Shown here: one piece after another, positions 28,587 to 39,028 of the stretch
How the letters are laid out: the number at the start of each line of letters is the position of its first letter
Position numbering within the stretch: the first letter of the stretch is position 1
Translations under genes and position numbers: made by a program
Notes under the pieces: generated by a model
Databases searched by the model: none
What the model was told of the DNA's origin: nothing
The model's input: the letters and a program-made list of their open reading frames with translations, nothing else
Source of the DNA: a virus
Length of the DNA: 64,000 nucleotides
Virus record (IMG/VR): IMGVR_UViG_3300046804_003617
Span: 1 to 64,000 of that record
Reading direction: 5' to 3' (one strand)

Positions 28587-30674
28587 TTAGTAGTTTGCGC
28601 CAATTGGATCTATAAATATTCTAGATTTTAATGGAAAAAGCTGCTTATTATATGTAAAAGTATATGAATTGGTGCCATATGCCAGCTTCTGGGAACTGTC
28701 GTACAATTCTACCTCTATTTCATAATGTTCGTTGGGAATATGCGCAAAAATGGGGATTTTCACCAAAAAGCTGTCTATGGAATAATCCAAATCCTGATAT
28801 GGAGTTATTGATACAGATGATATATACCAAAATCCACTCATCGGAACAAACATTATGGTTCCATATTTTTCATCTTGGTTAAAAAATGTATTCTCGTATA
28901 ATTCATTTGCCCCATAGTTGTATGCGCTGTCTATATAGCCTATCATGGTTTTGATACCATTGCTTATTCCGTATATATACAATTTTGCATCTGCTGAGTT
29001 CCCGGCCGCCGCCTTTACTCTCATACTAAACTTATATAAAGTATTTTGGCGATACTTAATGGGATTACTGTCATGAATAGTTCCAGAAAGAACATTTTCT
29101 TGTGAAGTAGCATACGAAGATATACTTGGTATGTTTGTCAGTCCTATATATGAAGCGGTGGGATATATTGCACTGTTTAAAAATGCCTGTGTGTTGGCAT
29201 ACCAGTAGGATTTTGACCCAAATGAGTATGAAACATATTGAGCATTCTGAGAAGCCGCGTCTGTATTGTCTTTGTATATCACATAATCCGTTTCATTATA
29301 GTTTCCGGTGTGACCAATATATGCGCCGTCTATGAGAACAGAATTATCGTGAGAAAAAGTGCAGCTTCCATTCACAAACCAATGTGATGACATATGCTGC
29401 TGAGAATAAAAGTAACTTGGATTGTTATATACTCCACTGTCAAATTTTGTGGTGATTATGGCTTCGTCCGGACGAATATAACCCTGAGTAAGCAATGTTC
29501 TGTCGGCTGGAGTGTTCAGGCTGCGAGCATATATCTTATAAGATTCCAAATTACCACATAATGTTCTTATATTGTTGCATTCCACTCCCACAACTGAACG
29601 ATATTTTGTTGACGCGGATGTTGTGGCTCTTGGTAAATTTTGAGGTATTTCCCTATAGAATATTTCAAATTGACCATCTGATATGCTTAATATGTAGAAA
29701 TTTTTCTTGTGAAAAACGACTTGCTTGTCCGGATCGTCCTCTATTCTTACGTCCTTAAGTCTGACAAGATTGTTTTTTGAATATGGAGAATCCTCGTTTG
29801 ATCTGCTAATAAGCTCATATACAGTGGAAAATGGTATATCCAATAGCAATGATGTTTCATTTACAACCTTGCTTATTTTTGCAACAAAATCCGTGTTAAG
29901 AGTTCCCTGAAAAACTTCCTGATAATCGTTATAGCGAAATTGCGATACGGTTGGGTTTTTCAAACGAACATATTCGCCTTCCATCGAAGAACTAAATCTG
30001 GTTCCCGATTTAAGATGCAATTGATAAATTGCTGTATCAAACTGATAATCATAATCTCCATTTGTGTTATTTTTTGGACTTACCGCCGTAGCCGAGAAGC
30101 TTCCGGAAGCCAATCTGTATGAACCTGTTGGATATACCGGAGACTGATATATCTCCGCACGAGTTTTGATATATGGAGTATCAAAAAATCTTATTTCAGA
30201 ATCTGTTGGTTTAGTTGTATCTATGAGAACATTTCTCGTCCATATTACTTCCACACTTTGCAATTTGTTGCTTGCTGGAGGTTCTGTCGTAAGAGGTAAG
30301 CGTTCATCGTCCTTTATCTTGTATCCAGTGCCCTTATAAAAGGCAACGCTGCCACTATAATCCTCCACATTCAACCCGATTCCACGAACCTGTAATTTTC
30401 CAACGCCGTTGGTGGTGTCAATTGGAACAGTAACGTGATATAAATGACCAGTATTCGTTTCTTCGGCAAATCTGGCGTTATCTGGCATCACCTTATCACA
30501 CGCCAATTCATTGTTCAACACATCATAAACTTTGACAAATATTGGCTGACCGGGTACCAAATATGGTGACGGGTTTATCGTGAACGAGTTTTTTCCGGCA
30601 TAAAACCTATCACTATAGCCGGTGAGGAAAAAGTAAGTATTGGAGTTATAATCCGAATCGAATAGTTTAGCCAT
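28587..30674 (-). CDS. Putative tail/baseplate structural protein
   Basis: 695 aa, beta-rich and Tyr/Ser-rich, late-type motif upstream, adjacent to the tail fibre. Confidence 0.6.
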   Translation of the reverse strand: MAKLFDSDYNSNTYFFLTGYSDRFYAGKNSFTINPSPYLVPGQPIFVKVYDVLNNELACDKVMPDNARFAEETNTGHLYHVTVPIDTTNGVGKLQVRGIGLNVEDYSGSVAFYKGTGYKIKDDERLPLTTEPPASNKLQSVEVIWTRNVLIDTTKPTDSEIRFFDTPYIKTRAEIYQSPVYPTGSYRLASGSFSATAVSPKNNTNGDYDYQFDTAIYQLHLKSGTRFSSSMEGEYVRLKNPTVSQFRYNDYQEVFQGTLNTDFVAKISKVVNETSLLLDIPFSTVYELISRSNEDSPYSKNNLVRLKDVRIEDDPDKQVVFHKKNFYILSISDGQFEIFYREIPQNLPRATTSASTKYRSVVGVECNNIRTLCGNLESYKIYARSLNTPADRTLLTQGYIRPDEAIITTKFDSGVYNNPSYFYSQQHMSSHWFVNGSCTFSHDNSVLIDGAYIGHTGNYNETDYVIYKDNTDAASQNAQYVSYSFGSKSYWYANTQAFLNSAIYPTASYIGLTNIPSISSYATSQENVLSGTIHDSNPIKYRQNTLYKFSMRVKAAAGNSADAKLYIYGISNGIKTMIGYIDSAYNYGANELYENTFFNQDEKYGTIMFVPMSGFWYISSVSITPYQDLDYSIDSFLVKIPIFAHIPNEHYEIEVELYDSSQKLAYGTNSYTFTYNKQLFPLKSRIFIDPIGANY
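28611..28619 (-). promoter_or_regulatory. Late-type motif upstream of the tail fibre (inside the end of the previous CDS)
   Basis: ATATTTATA about 55 nt before ATG 28556. Confidence 0.5.
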
Positions 30675-30695
30675 AGGTTTTTATATTCCTATGAC

Positions 30696-30707
30696 TATAA
30701 ATATATA
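30696..30707 (-). promoter_or_regulatory. Late-type motif
   Basis: TATATATTTATA upstream of 30674. Confidence 0.7.
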
Positions 30708-33700
30708 TCAGACGCTATTATCTATCTTGCTGAACCCGTTTTCCTTCTTGACTTCAAGCTGCTTGTCTACCATATCACGCATAGCATCAAGATGGCTTAT
30801 TATAATGATAAACTCGAAATTGCGCTTCAAATAATCGAACAAAGCGTGCAACATAGGTATATTGCTACCGTCCAATGCACTGAAACCTTCATCTACCACA
30901 AGGAAGTTAGGTCTTGGGAGGTTACTTACGTTAATGAGTGCAACACGAAGTGCCAACCCAGATATAAACTTTTCCATACCAGAGCATAGTTCCAATGGCC
31001 ATTTGCGGTCTTCGTATTTGATATATACGTTGACGTTCTTGCCATCAGTTTCAATACCCATACTAAATTCAACGATATGAGATAGGATGTTGTTCACTTC
31101 CTGTTCAATCTTTGGGATGGCATCTGAGATGATCTGATATGGCACACCATCTTTGCCCACCGCTGATGTATAATATTGATATGCTCCAAGATCATCCTCA
31201 TATTGTTCAATTGTGGATAGTTGTTTTTCTGTTTCTTTCAGTTGATCGCCAAAGGATACCTTCTTGCTATATGCATCCATATACTCTTTTTCTATGTTCT
31301 TGAGTTTGGATGATACGTTTGACACCTTGATCTTCAGGTCCGTGACAATATCTTCAATGGCTTTGTTGCTTTCCACGATTTCCTTAGACTTTTCGTACAG
31401 TTCGATCTGATCCTGTAGTTCTTTGATGCGAACCGCGTTCTTTTCAACACCGGATTTAAGATTCGACTTTTCCAGTTCTTTCTTTGAAATGAACGCGGTA
31501 AGAGAATTTACGCGATCTTTCAATTCGACACTTTGTTCGTATTTAGACACATATTCGGCATATGTTTCCATCTCTGCTTTTACTTTGGATAATGCGTCCG
31601 AGAGATCCTTTGCTTCGGCTTTATCCGCCGCAAGACTTTCGCGTGTGGATATGGCATCCTTGACGAAGATATTATCACAGCAGTATTTGCAGTTGGGATC
31701 ATACTCGTGCTTGTCCAGATGAGCCAGCTTCTTCAGCTTCTCGCTCACAATGGCTTTCAGCTTATCCATTTCATTTTCTATGCGTTGCTTGCTTCTTGCC
31801 AGCGATTGATACTTGTCGTTCTTTTCCTTAAGATCGTCTGGAAATTCTTTCAATTTATTGGCGGCTTCGACATACTCGGGCTTTTTGGAAGACACATCAG
31901 CGTCGATCTTTTCAATGGTTTCCATCGCTTGCTTGTTTTTTAACACAAGACCATCACGCTCGCGCACGATGGGCATTATGTTGGTTGGAACATTTTCCAG
32001 TTTTACGATGTTGGCTTTTTGTGCATCGATCTGAGTATCCAATTCGTTCTTTTTTGTTGTATTTTCTTCCTTCTGAAAGTTCAGGTCCAGTAGCTTGGAT
32101 TCAAGCAATTCAACGTCGTTTTTGATCTGAGATATTTTCTTGAGGCCATTTTCTTTATTGAACAACTTTACCGCGCCAGATAGTTCTTTTGTCTTGTCGG
32201 CGGATAAGGAAGCAAGCTTATCGAACAAATTAAGACCGATGAATTGACTCAGTAGTTCTTTGCGTTCTGTCTGACCCATATCAATGAATGAGCCTTGATT
32301 GCCTTGTAGAGCGAGAGTGGTAAGAACAAAATCATCATAGTCGCCAAGATAATCGCGGATGATTTCATTAGTGCTGCGACGAGCCTCGCTATTTAGGCTT
32401 ACCTTGTTGTCTTTTTCGATTTTATAGAAATTAACATCAACCTTGACGTTGTTTTTCTTGTCACGCTTGCCTTCGCGTTCGATGACATATTGAATGTTAT
32501 TGATTTCAAACGTGAACTTGCCGCTAAACGACATTTTTTGAGAATTCATCACGTGAGTTGCCTTGAATGCTCTGGCGCTCTTGTCAAAAACAGTAAAGCA
32601 TAGCGCATCCATAAGCGAACTTTTGCCGCTGGCATTTGCCGCAAACAATCCATATACATCTTCAAGCTTGGTGAAATCAAGCACGTTCTTTTCACCATAG
32701 CTGAACATATTGCTGAATTCAAACTTGATCGGCTTCCATCGGATATTCCGCGATGTATCTTCTTTGGTCAACGACGCATTAAGTTCCTTGTTGATCTTGC
32801 AAACCGTCTCCACAGTTTCGTCGTCCATCACATCCACAAATTTCTTCTTCAGATACTCCGAGATGATCTTGTTCTGATAATCAATGTTGCCGATTTGATT
32901 CAGATTGGAAATATTCTGTGCTTGAGCAACCTTGGTGGCACCATCCGTGTCTACTCTAACATAAATAAGATCGCTGATTTCATACTTCTTGCGCAGTTCA
33001 TTGATGACTTTCTTTACCTCTGTTGCGACACTCTCTTTGCACCGAACTCGCAACTTTGGTTTCTTTGGCATATCAGTTATGTCAGTAATCAACTTGCCGT
33101 CATCAATCTCTATTGTAAAATATCCATAGTCATTCGGTATTTCAACGTGAGAATATGTTCTTTGCTTAATGTCCCATAGCGAGAATCCGTGACCAAGCAA
33201 TGCTTCGCCGTGGTTCTGCTGAATAAGTGAACCCGCATATCGTATGATTGGCTTTTCATTGGTCTTGTCATATGCTTGCAAGTCCTGAATCATATGAATA
33301 TCGCCAAGCATAGCCATATCGTGACCATCAAACAGTTCGTTTGTGATAGTCTTATCGGTAACAGCGTATCCTACATCGGTCTGAGCGTTAAGCACTCCAC
33401 CGTGGAATAATGCAATCTTATCATCAAAAGTCATCTTAATCTTTTTGGATACATTCTTCATACGAATGTATTTGGTAGGATCATCGAACACGCTCATATT
33501 GTTAATGAGCAAATTGGCCACACCATACAATCCTGTATTCTTCAAATAAAACAAACGCTTGTGCTTCAGGTTGTCAACGATAGGAGAAATACTGTCAAGT
33601 CGAGTGACGTTGGTGAGCAAGCAGTCGTGATTACCCGCAATAACAATTGTTGGACGAAGTTCCGCCAGTCGATGAAAGAATTCACTGGCAAGTTGAACTG

Positions 33701-33914
33701 CTTCCGGAGACAAATCTACCTTGCTATGCAACGTATCTCCGGTATTTATGATGACGGTATTCTCGGGAGTATTTAAAATTTCAGCATACAGCGTCTCGAA
33801 CGCCTCTCTATATTCCTCGTGGCGCTTTGTGAGACGAATATGAATGTCGGATATGTGCACAACATAATCAATTCTATCCAAGCCTATATCCAGTTTTTCA
33901 AATGTATCTACCAT
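30708..33914 (-). CDS. Mre11/SbcD nuclease - Rad50/SbcC ATPase fusion (T4 gp47+gp46-like)
   Basis: HISDIH, TGD, GNHD, LGDIH; Walker A ANASGKSS; zinc hook CKYC; signature CSGME; Walker B VVDEG; IISH. Confidence 0.92.
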   Translation of the reverse strand: MVDTFEKLDIGLDRIDYVVHISDIHIRLTKRHEEYREAFETLYAEILNTPENTVIINTGDTLHSKVDLSPEAVQLASEFFHRLAELRPTIVIAGNHDCLLTNVTRLDSISPIVDNLKHKRLFYLKNTGLYGVANLLINNMSVFDDPTKYIRMKNVSKKIKMTFDDKIALFHGGVLNAQTDVGYAVTDKTITNELFDGHDMAMLGDIHMIQDLQAYDKTNEKPIIRYAGSLIQQNHGEALLGHGFSLWDIKQRTYSHVEIPNDYGYFTIEIDDGKLITDITDMPKKPKLRVRCKESVATEVKKVINELRKKYEISDLIYVRVDTDGATKVAQAQNISNLNQIGNIDYQNKIISEYLKKKFVDVMDDETVETVCKINKELNASLTKEDTSRNIRWKPIKFEFSNMFSYGEKNVLDFTKLEDVYGLFAANASGKSSLMDALCFTVFDKSARAFKATHVMNSQKMSFSGKFTFEINNIQYVIEREGKRDKKNNVKVDVNFYKIEKDNKVSLNSEARRSTNEIIRDYLGDYDDFVLTTLALQGNQGSFIDMGQTERKELLSQFIGLNLFDKLASLSADKTKELSGAVKLFNKENGLKKISQIKNDVELLESKLLDLNFQKEENTTKKNELDTQIDAQKANIVKLENVPTNIMPIVRERDGLVLKNKQAMETIEKIDADVSSKKPEYVEAANKLKEFPDDLKEKNDKYQSLARSKQRIENEMDKLKAIVSEKLKKLAHLDKHEYDPNCKYCCDNIFVKDAISTRESLAADKAEAKDLSDALSKVKAEMETYAEYVSKYEQSVELKDRVNSLTAFISKKELEKSNLKSGVEKNAVRIKELQDQIELYEKSKEIVESNKAIEDIVTDLKIKVSNVSSKLKNIEKEYMDAYSKKVSFGDQLKETEKQLSTIEQYEDDLGAYQYYTSAVGKDGVPYQIISDAIPKIEQEVNNILSHIVEFSMGIETDGKNVNVYIKYEDRKWPLELCSGMEKFISGLALRVALINVSNLPRPNFLVVDEGFSALDGSNIPMLHALFDYLKRNFEFIIIISHLDAMRDMVDKQLEVKKENGFSKIDNSV

Positions 33915-33917
33915 AAA

Positions 33918-34889
33918 TTATTTCCCCAATCTTAACCGAGTTAATGCCTTGAAGTCAAGCATATCCGTTTCTTTAACCTGCTCCAATGTTTTTTCAAAGC
34001 CAAGCACGTTCGGATCCTTGCCTTCCAGTTTTACGAGCTTTGCAACCTTTCCGAGAGATTGAACAAACTGTGCTATTTTAACTGCACTAAACATAGCATC
34101 ATCGTCCAATACAATGTTTACTTCGGGGCATTTGCTGTTGGCAATCGCCGTTTTAAGTTTCTTGCTCATCGTCTTGCCAAATAATGGGATGGCGTTGCGT
34201 CTTAGTGAAATAGCATCAAGTGCTCCTTCGCACAAGTAAATGGGGAAGTCAAAGTCTACGAGGTTCTCGAATCCGATTATATCCTTCGACGCTTCGCTAT
34301 TCTTATACTTGTAGCCATCGTCATAATAGCTGCGGCAACTATAGAAGTTAAGATTATTGTCTTTGTCGTATGATGGAAATACAAGTCGGTTGGCGAACGG
34401 ACCCTTTACACAATATCCAATGTTGTATTTCACGATATCACAAAGAGTAAGTTTGCGCTTCTTGGCATAGTTCTTGGCAATTTTGTAATCTCGCGTTCCA
34501 TCGTCATAAGCGAGGCTGCGAAAATCATACGGCAACTCTATCACGATATGATCATCTGTCTCTTTCTCTCCAAGAGCATTAAGCAACTTGCTTTCAAAAA
34601 GTGAACTTAAACTTCTGCGTGGCTTTGACCCGCCAATCTTTTCAAGCGTAGCAAACATCTCCGGACCTGCCTTGACACGCTTGAACAATGAAAATATTCC
34701 ACGCCCCTTTGTTCCACACACCCAGCAGTTCCAAGGCTGTGGCTCATCAAGACATACTTCAAGTTTCCGCTTTCTGTGATGACAGAACGGACAATGATAT
34801 GTAAGATTATTGCCTTTGCGAAGCCTACCGTCTTCTTTCAACACTCTGTTGATAAGAGCAGTAAGTTCCGAAGTTTTGAGAGTAGACAT
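33918..34889 (-). CDS. DNA primase (Zn finger + TOPRIM)
   Basis: CPFCHH...WNCWVC; LCEGALDA; VLDDD; KDPN. Confidence 0.88.
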   Translation of the reverse strand: MSTLKTSELTALINRVLKEDGRLRKGNNLTYHCPFCHHRKRKLEVCLDEPQPWNCWVCGTKGRGIFSLFKRVKAGPEMFATLEKIGGSKPRRSLSSLFESKLLNALGEKETDDHIVIELPYDFRSLAYDDGTRDYKIAKNYAKKRKLTLCDIVKYNIGYCVKGPFANRLVFPSYDKDNNLNFYSCRSYYDDGYKYKNSEASKDIIGFENLVDFDFPIYLCEGALDAISLRRNAIPLFGKTMSKKLKTAIANSKCPEVNIVLDDDAMFSAVKIAQFVQSLGKVAKLVKLEGKDPNVLGFEKTLEQVKETDMLDFKALTRLRLGK

Positions 34890-34899
34890 TTACCCCATT

Positions 34900-34927
34900 A
34901 CTATAAGGATAACTTGCTATTAGTCAA
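34900..34927 (-). promoter_or_regulatory. Sigma70-like promoter for primase and Mre11-Rad50
   Basis: TTGACT-16 nt-TATAGT. Confidence 0.6.
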
Positions 34928-34936
34928 ACTATAAAA

Positions 34937-35428
34937 TCAACCCGCCAAACTGAGCACGATAGCATCTCTTACATCTTCCATTCGTTTTTCCTCATTGCCC
35001 TTTTTATTGAGAACTGTCCATTTGGTCATATCATACATTCTATCAATGCTTTCTTTAACAAATACTTTGGGTTTTACACCTTTGATTCTGGCGGCTCCAA
35101 GTGCCTTTTTACGAGCAGTTTGTGCGTGAATGCTCTCGACGGTCACACCATAATGATTTTCAAGTATAAAACCAACTACAGCCTTGTTTTTGACCAGTTT
35201 TATAATGACTTGTTGAGAAGTGCCGCCGCCAGCAAAGCCAAATAAACTTTCTTCTATCATTATTTTATCAAAACTATGACCAACCAGAGTTTTTATAATA
35301 AGGTCGGCTTTGTCTTTATACTTTTCAGCGTCTGAAATATCAATATAGCCGCAAGCTAATATTAGCTTATCTTCTGTTATCGCCCATCCACACGTAGTTG
35401 TGGATAAATCCAATCCCAACACTTTCAT
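34937..35428 (-). CDS. RuvC-like Holliday junction resolvase
   Basis: VLGLDLSTTTCGWA, IEE and C-terminal DVRDAI acidic residues. Confidence 0.8.
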   Translation of the reverse strand: MKVLGLDLSTTTCGWAITEDKLILACGYIDISDAEKYKDKADLIIKTLVGHSFDKIMIEESLFGFAGGGTSQQVIIKLVKNKAVVGFILENHYGVTVESIHAQTARKKALGAARIKGVKPKVFVKESIDRMYDMTKWTVLNKKGNEEKRMEDVRDAIVLSLAG

Positions 35429-35447
35429 ATAACCTTTTTATAATAAA

Positions 35448-35717
35448 TCAACCGTAATATTGGGTGTTGTTGTGTTTCAATACGTCTTTGGCGTAATTTT
35501 TTCCAGCGGAAGTAAAACCACCACGACCAAATTCGGCTGAATGCACATCGTTTCCGGTTATTCCACGCGCAGTGCCATTGATCATATCTGTTACGGCTCT
35601 ATCTGTTCCAACAAATTTGGCAGTTCCAATATCTCCACCCAATCTTGACGAAGATTCATATCTCGCTTGTAGATTGGTGGTCAGTGATGTTCTATTGATA
35701 GAAGGTAGTTGTGGCAT
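35448..35717 (-). CDS. Small hypothetical late protein
   Basis: 89-aa ORF with late-type motif upstream. Confidence 0.6.
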   Translation of the reverse strand: MPQLPSINRTSLTTNLQARYESSSRLGGDIGTAKFVGTDRAVTDMINGTARGITGNDVHSAEFGRGGFTSAGKNYAKDVLKHNNTQYYG

Positions 35718-35739
35718 ATATATTTCTCCTGTTATTTAT

Positions 35740-35750
35740 TATAAATATAT
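35740..35750 (-). promoter_or_regulatory. Late-type motif
   Basis: ATATATTTATA upstream of 35717. Confidence 0.65.
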
Positions 35751-35752
35751 TG

Positions 35753-38700
35753 TTAGGTGTCGAAACGAACGACAATATTGAGCGGCCAATCGATCAAATT
35801 CTTGACCGGTCTACCCATTTTACCAACGGCCACCAGTTCATTTCCCTGATATAGTCCAATCGTCGTTATGAATGGAGCCAGATATGAACCGGTTGGATCA
35901 TATGATGAACTATACTGGTATTCATTAAAGTATGGAAGTATCTTGTTGTAATCTGTGCGGCAGTATGGATTCAGATATTCGTTTATATCTTTGACATAAA
36001 TTCTGGTGGATGAAATAGACAGCAGGGGTTCCAATTTCTGCGGAATAAGTCTTTCTAGATAATACAGTGACAGTATGTTTCCGTCATTCATATTTATTTT
36101 TCCGTCACCATCTATGTCAAGAATTCCGGTGTCCACCAATTTTGTTTGGATATAATCAAATGCTTCTCTGGTAAAAGAATTAAATGAAGAACTTGCCAAA
36201 TATGCGGCTTCGAAGCTTTCTTGCAACAGCACATCCTCGGATTCCAATTGAAGTATGTCGTTATTCCACCAGCTATAGTCTGCTCTTGAATCTTGTTCGA
36301 GGACTATGCCGTTGTCGTCAAATACGAATTCTTCGAAGAATTTTTTCTTTTGAAGATATCGCATTATCAAATCCACATCCAAAAAGTCAAAAACTCCGTC
36401 TTGGTTTACGTCGAACAATAATTCAGTTTTTACCAATGTTGTTGGGTTTGTGCTATAATTGAATTCACCGGGACGGATTGAACACAGATATTCATGTTCG
36501 AATATCGTATGTCTTCCTTGATAGGTCATATCAAATCCAGATGATCCTGTACCGGTGAATATACTGGAATAATTTGATGCGGTAGTGGTTAGAACAAAAT
36601 AACCATTCTTATAAAATGAATTTCCAATCAACGGACTTTCTTCATAATCGGCAAGATGATACACGAAAACGGAACCAGAATAATTGGATGGAAAATCGAC
36701 AAGATTGTTTGGATCATACACGGACGCTGTAGCTTCCGGTGTAACTAGATTTACCACGGGAGAACCAACCACCAGAAAATCAGAACATACACACGTGGAA
36801 TAACCAAATAAATACGCAGGTTTGTTGGATTCTTTATTTCTCTTGACCATGCCAGTCAACTTCCAGTTTTCAGACACATCGTCGTATTTGTAAACATGAA
36901 CTCTTCCAAGAACCGCCCTTGGATCTTCTGAAGACGTTGTTTGATAGCTATAATCTTCTAGAATATATTGTCCATCATAATAGTCCACAGATCTTCCTAC
37001 TTTATCCGGCCAAGAAGTTACTGCCGCATATATTCCTCCAATCGACACCGCTTTTCCAAAATTGTTATTGTATGTATATTGTCTGTCTCCGAACGTCTTC
37101 AATACTTTGAAGTAGCCCAGTTCATTACACAAATATATATTTTTGTAAAGATATGCGGCACCAAGTATGTTGGCGGAGCCAGTATATGAAGAATATGGTA
37201 TGAATGCCTTGTCTCGTGGGCAGGAAATTATGGCATTGTCTCCGCTGATTGACACGGAGTTTCCAAATCCATCCTTTGTAACGGTGGCATTTGTTACATC
37301 TATCGCATACAAATTCGAAGACATATCCAAGTCTCCATATGTGGCGTCGCGAGTAACAATTCTATACTCGGACCAAGAAGCTGTGGGACATTCTCCATAT
37401 GACGCGGAGTAGTATGAACAAGTAAAGAATGCGGCATATCCATTTCCATTTTTGTTGGTTCCTACAAGCAGGCTGCTGGAATCCAATGACACCGACCATC
37501 CAAAATTGTCTCCGGTCGATAAAACGCTTGGAACTATGGTTGCTTCATATACCCAAGTGTAACTTGCCGACCAAGCGGCTGGAGGAAGTTCCGCCTCACC
37601 GTATAAATAATATGAGCCAGATTCAGATATAATATCTTCACAGAAGCTGTTCTGCGTCACCACACTCTGCCAGAAAGAACTGGTTTCTATGTTGTCGCAA
37701 CCGGTACTGAAATACTGTTTTCTTCTGTAAATGTATACTGCGCCAGACCCACTTACTTGTGGTGCTCCCACCGCCAGCAGATCTTTGTCGAGAGATACTG
37801 AATATCCGAATTTGTCTCCGTCACTGCCTCCCTGCAATATATTGATTAATCCCCAGTTGTCTGTTCCGCCCTTATATTTGTCATATACGAACACATAACC
37901 AGAGTATGAACTAGTGGTGAAGCAAAAAGAACCGGACGGTGATCCCACTGCCAAGAAATTATCCCTTACACATACTGAGTGACCAAATGTATCCGTGAAA
38001 TATGACGCACTAGCTTGTAAATCGTGTATTGTATACGGAAAAGTGTCATCTATATCAAGTCCATTAAGAACATCTTCTTGGTTTAAAGGACAATCAAACT
38101 TTTTCACCAACCTGTGACCATCAGTGTCGTCGTCATATTTGAATATAGCCGCATATCCTCTTCCGTGAGAAATCAAATTGGTGGAATCTATCGTAGATCC
38201 AACCGCGATATATTTGTACCATGAATTTACAGATTCACCAAAGTGTTCATTCTCCGGTTGGAATATTTCCACGACGGAACTTGTATCATACAAATATGCA
38301 GCCGAACCAGAATAAATAACATCCATTCCCAACGCATAATATTCTTTGGCCGTTGGTACGTTTATTTCAGTCAAACTTCCGTCAAGATTTCTGAGATAAT
38401 ACTGTACGCTGCCTGTATCCCAAAATGGTCTAGGATATACATTCCTTGGTGCACCCAGCATGACTTGATTTGAAAAATGAGACCCAGAAATGTAAAGATT
38501 GGTATATCCGTCGTCTTTTATTCTGTATTGTTCATGTATGTTAGAATTATCGACGATGTCTATCGTAAGCGGTCTAACTTTTTCTCCAAACGAATTATGA
38601 TTCAACGCCAAAGTCACCACTTTATCGTGTATATTTCTTATTTCTTTTTTACCAGAAACAGCACCGATGCCAGGATTTTCAACACCAAACAGTTCGGAAA

Positions 38701-38986
38701 AATTTGTGCTATTGCGATAAAACATCGCATCCGTCAAGCTGTATATGTTTCTATAATACTTTCCAGAAGAATTGATTGGTTCATATGAAGCCGAATAATA
38801 CGGACTCCCAGATGGATAGAAAATGGAAGTCAGTTTCTTGCCGTGGTTTATTTCGCACAGGTCTGAATAATAGGTATTATATCCATACAAATCGACCGAT
38901 CCAGAACTTATGCTCTGAACTCGCCAACTCTTGTAGGCATTAAACGGTCTTATTGTGATATCCCCTGCGGAGAACTGCTTTATCAT
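35753..38986 (-). CDS. Virion structural protein with FG-GAP beta-propeller repeats and dockerin/EF-hand-like loops
   Basis: Repeated FG.SV...LAVG(S/A)P..G.VY(I/V)Y; DVNQDGVFDFLD and DIDGDGKINMND; C-terminal ITTIGLY..ELVAVGK. Confidence 0.75.
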   Translation of the reverse strand: MIKQFSAGDITIRPFNAYKSWRVQSISSGSVDLYGYNTYYSDLCEINHGKKLTSIFYPSGSPYYSASYEPINSSGKYYRNIYSLTDAMFYRNSTNFSELFGVENPGIGAVSGKKEIRNIHDKVVTLALNHNSFGEKVRPLTIDIVDNSNIHEQYRIKDDGYTNLYISGSHFSNQVMLGAPRNVYPRPFWDTGSVQYYLRNLDGSLTEINVPTAKEYYALGMDVIYSGSAAYLYDTSSVVEIFQPENEHFGESVNSWYKYIAVGSTIDSTNLISHGRGYAAIFKYDDDTDGHRLVKKFDCPLNQEDVLNGLDIDDTFPYTIHDLQASASYFTDTFGHSVCVRDNFLAVGSPSGSFCFTTSSYSGYVFVYDKYKGGTDNWGLINILQGGSDGDKFGYSVSLDKDLLAVGAPQVSGSGAVYIYRRKQYFSTGCDNIETSSFWQSVVTQNSFCEDIISESGSYYLYGEAELPPAAWSASYTWVYEATIVPSVLSTGDNFGWSVSLDSSSLLVGTNKNGNGYAAFFTCSYYSASYGECPTASWSEYRIVTRDATYGDLDMSSNLYAIDVTNATVTKDGFGNSVSISGDNAIISCPRDKAFIPYSSYTGSANILGAAYLYKNIYLCNELGYFKVLKTFGDRQYTYNNNFGKAVSIGGIYAAVTSWPDKVGRSVDYYDGQYILEDYSYQTTSSEDPRAVLGRVHVYKYDDVSENWKLTGMVKRNKESNKPAYLFGYSTCVCSDFLVVGSPVVNLVTPEATASVYDPNNLVDFPSNYSGSVFVYHLADYEESPLIGNSFYKNGYFVLTTTASNYSSIFTGTGSSGFDMTYQGRHTIFEHEYLCSIRPGEFNYSTNPTTLVKTELLFDVNQDGVFDFLDVDLIMRYLQKKKFFEEFVFDDNGIVLEQDSRADYSWWNNDILQLESEDVLLQESFEAAYLASSSFNSFTREAFDYIQTKLVDTGILDIDGDGKINMNDGNILSLYYLERLIPQKLEPLLSISSTRIYVKDINEYLNPYCRTDYNKILPYFNEYQYSSSYDPTGSYLAPFITTIGLYQGNELVAVGKMGRPVKNLIDWPLNIVVRFDT

Positions 38987-38991
38987 ATAAG

Positions 38992-39002
38992 TATAAATAT
39001 AT
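38992..39002 (-). promoter_or_regulatory. Late-type motif
   Basis: ATATATTTATA 5 nt before ATG 38986. Confidence 0.7.
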
Positions 39003-39028
39003 TAACTGGGGGATATTCCACCACCAGC

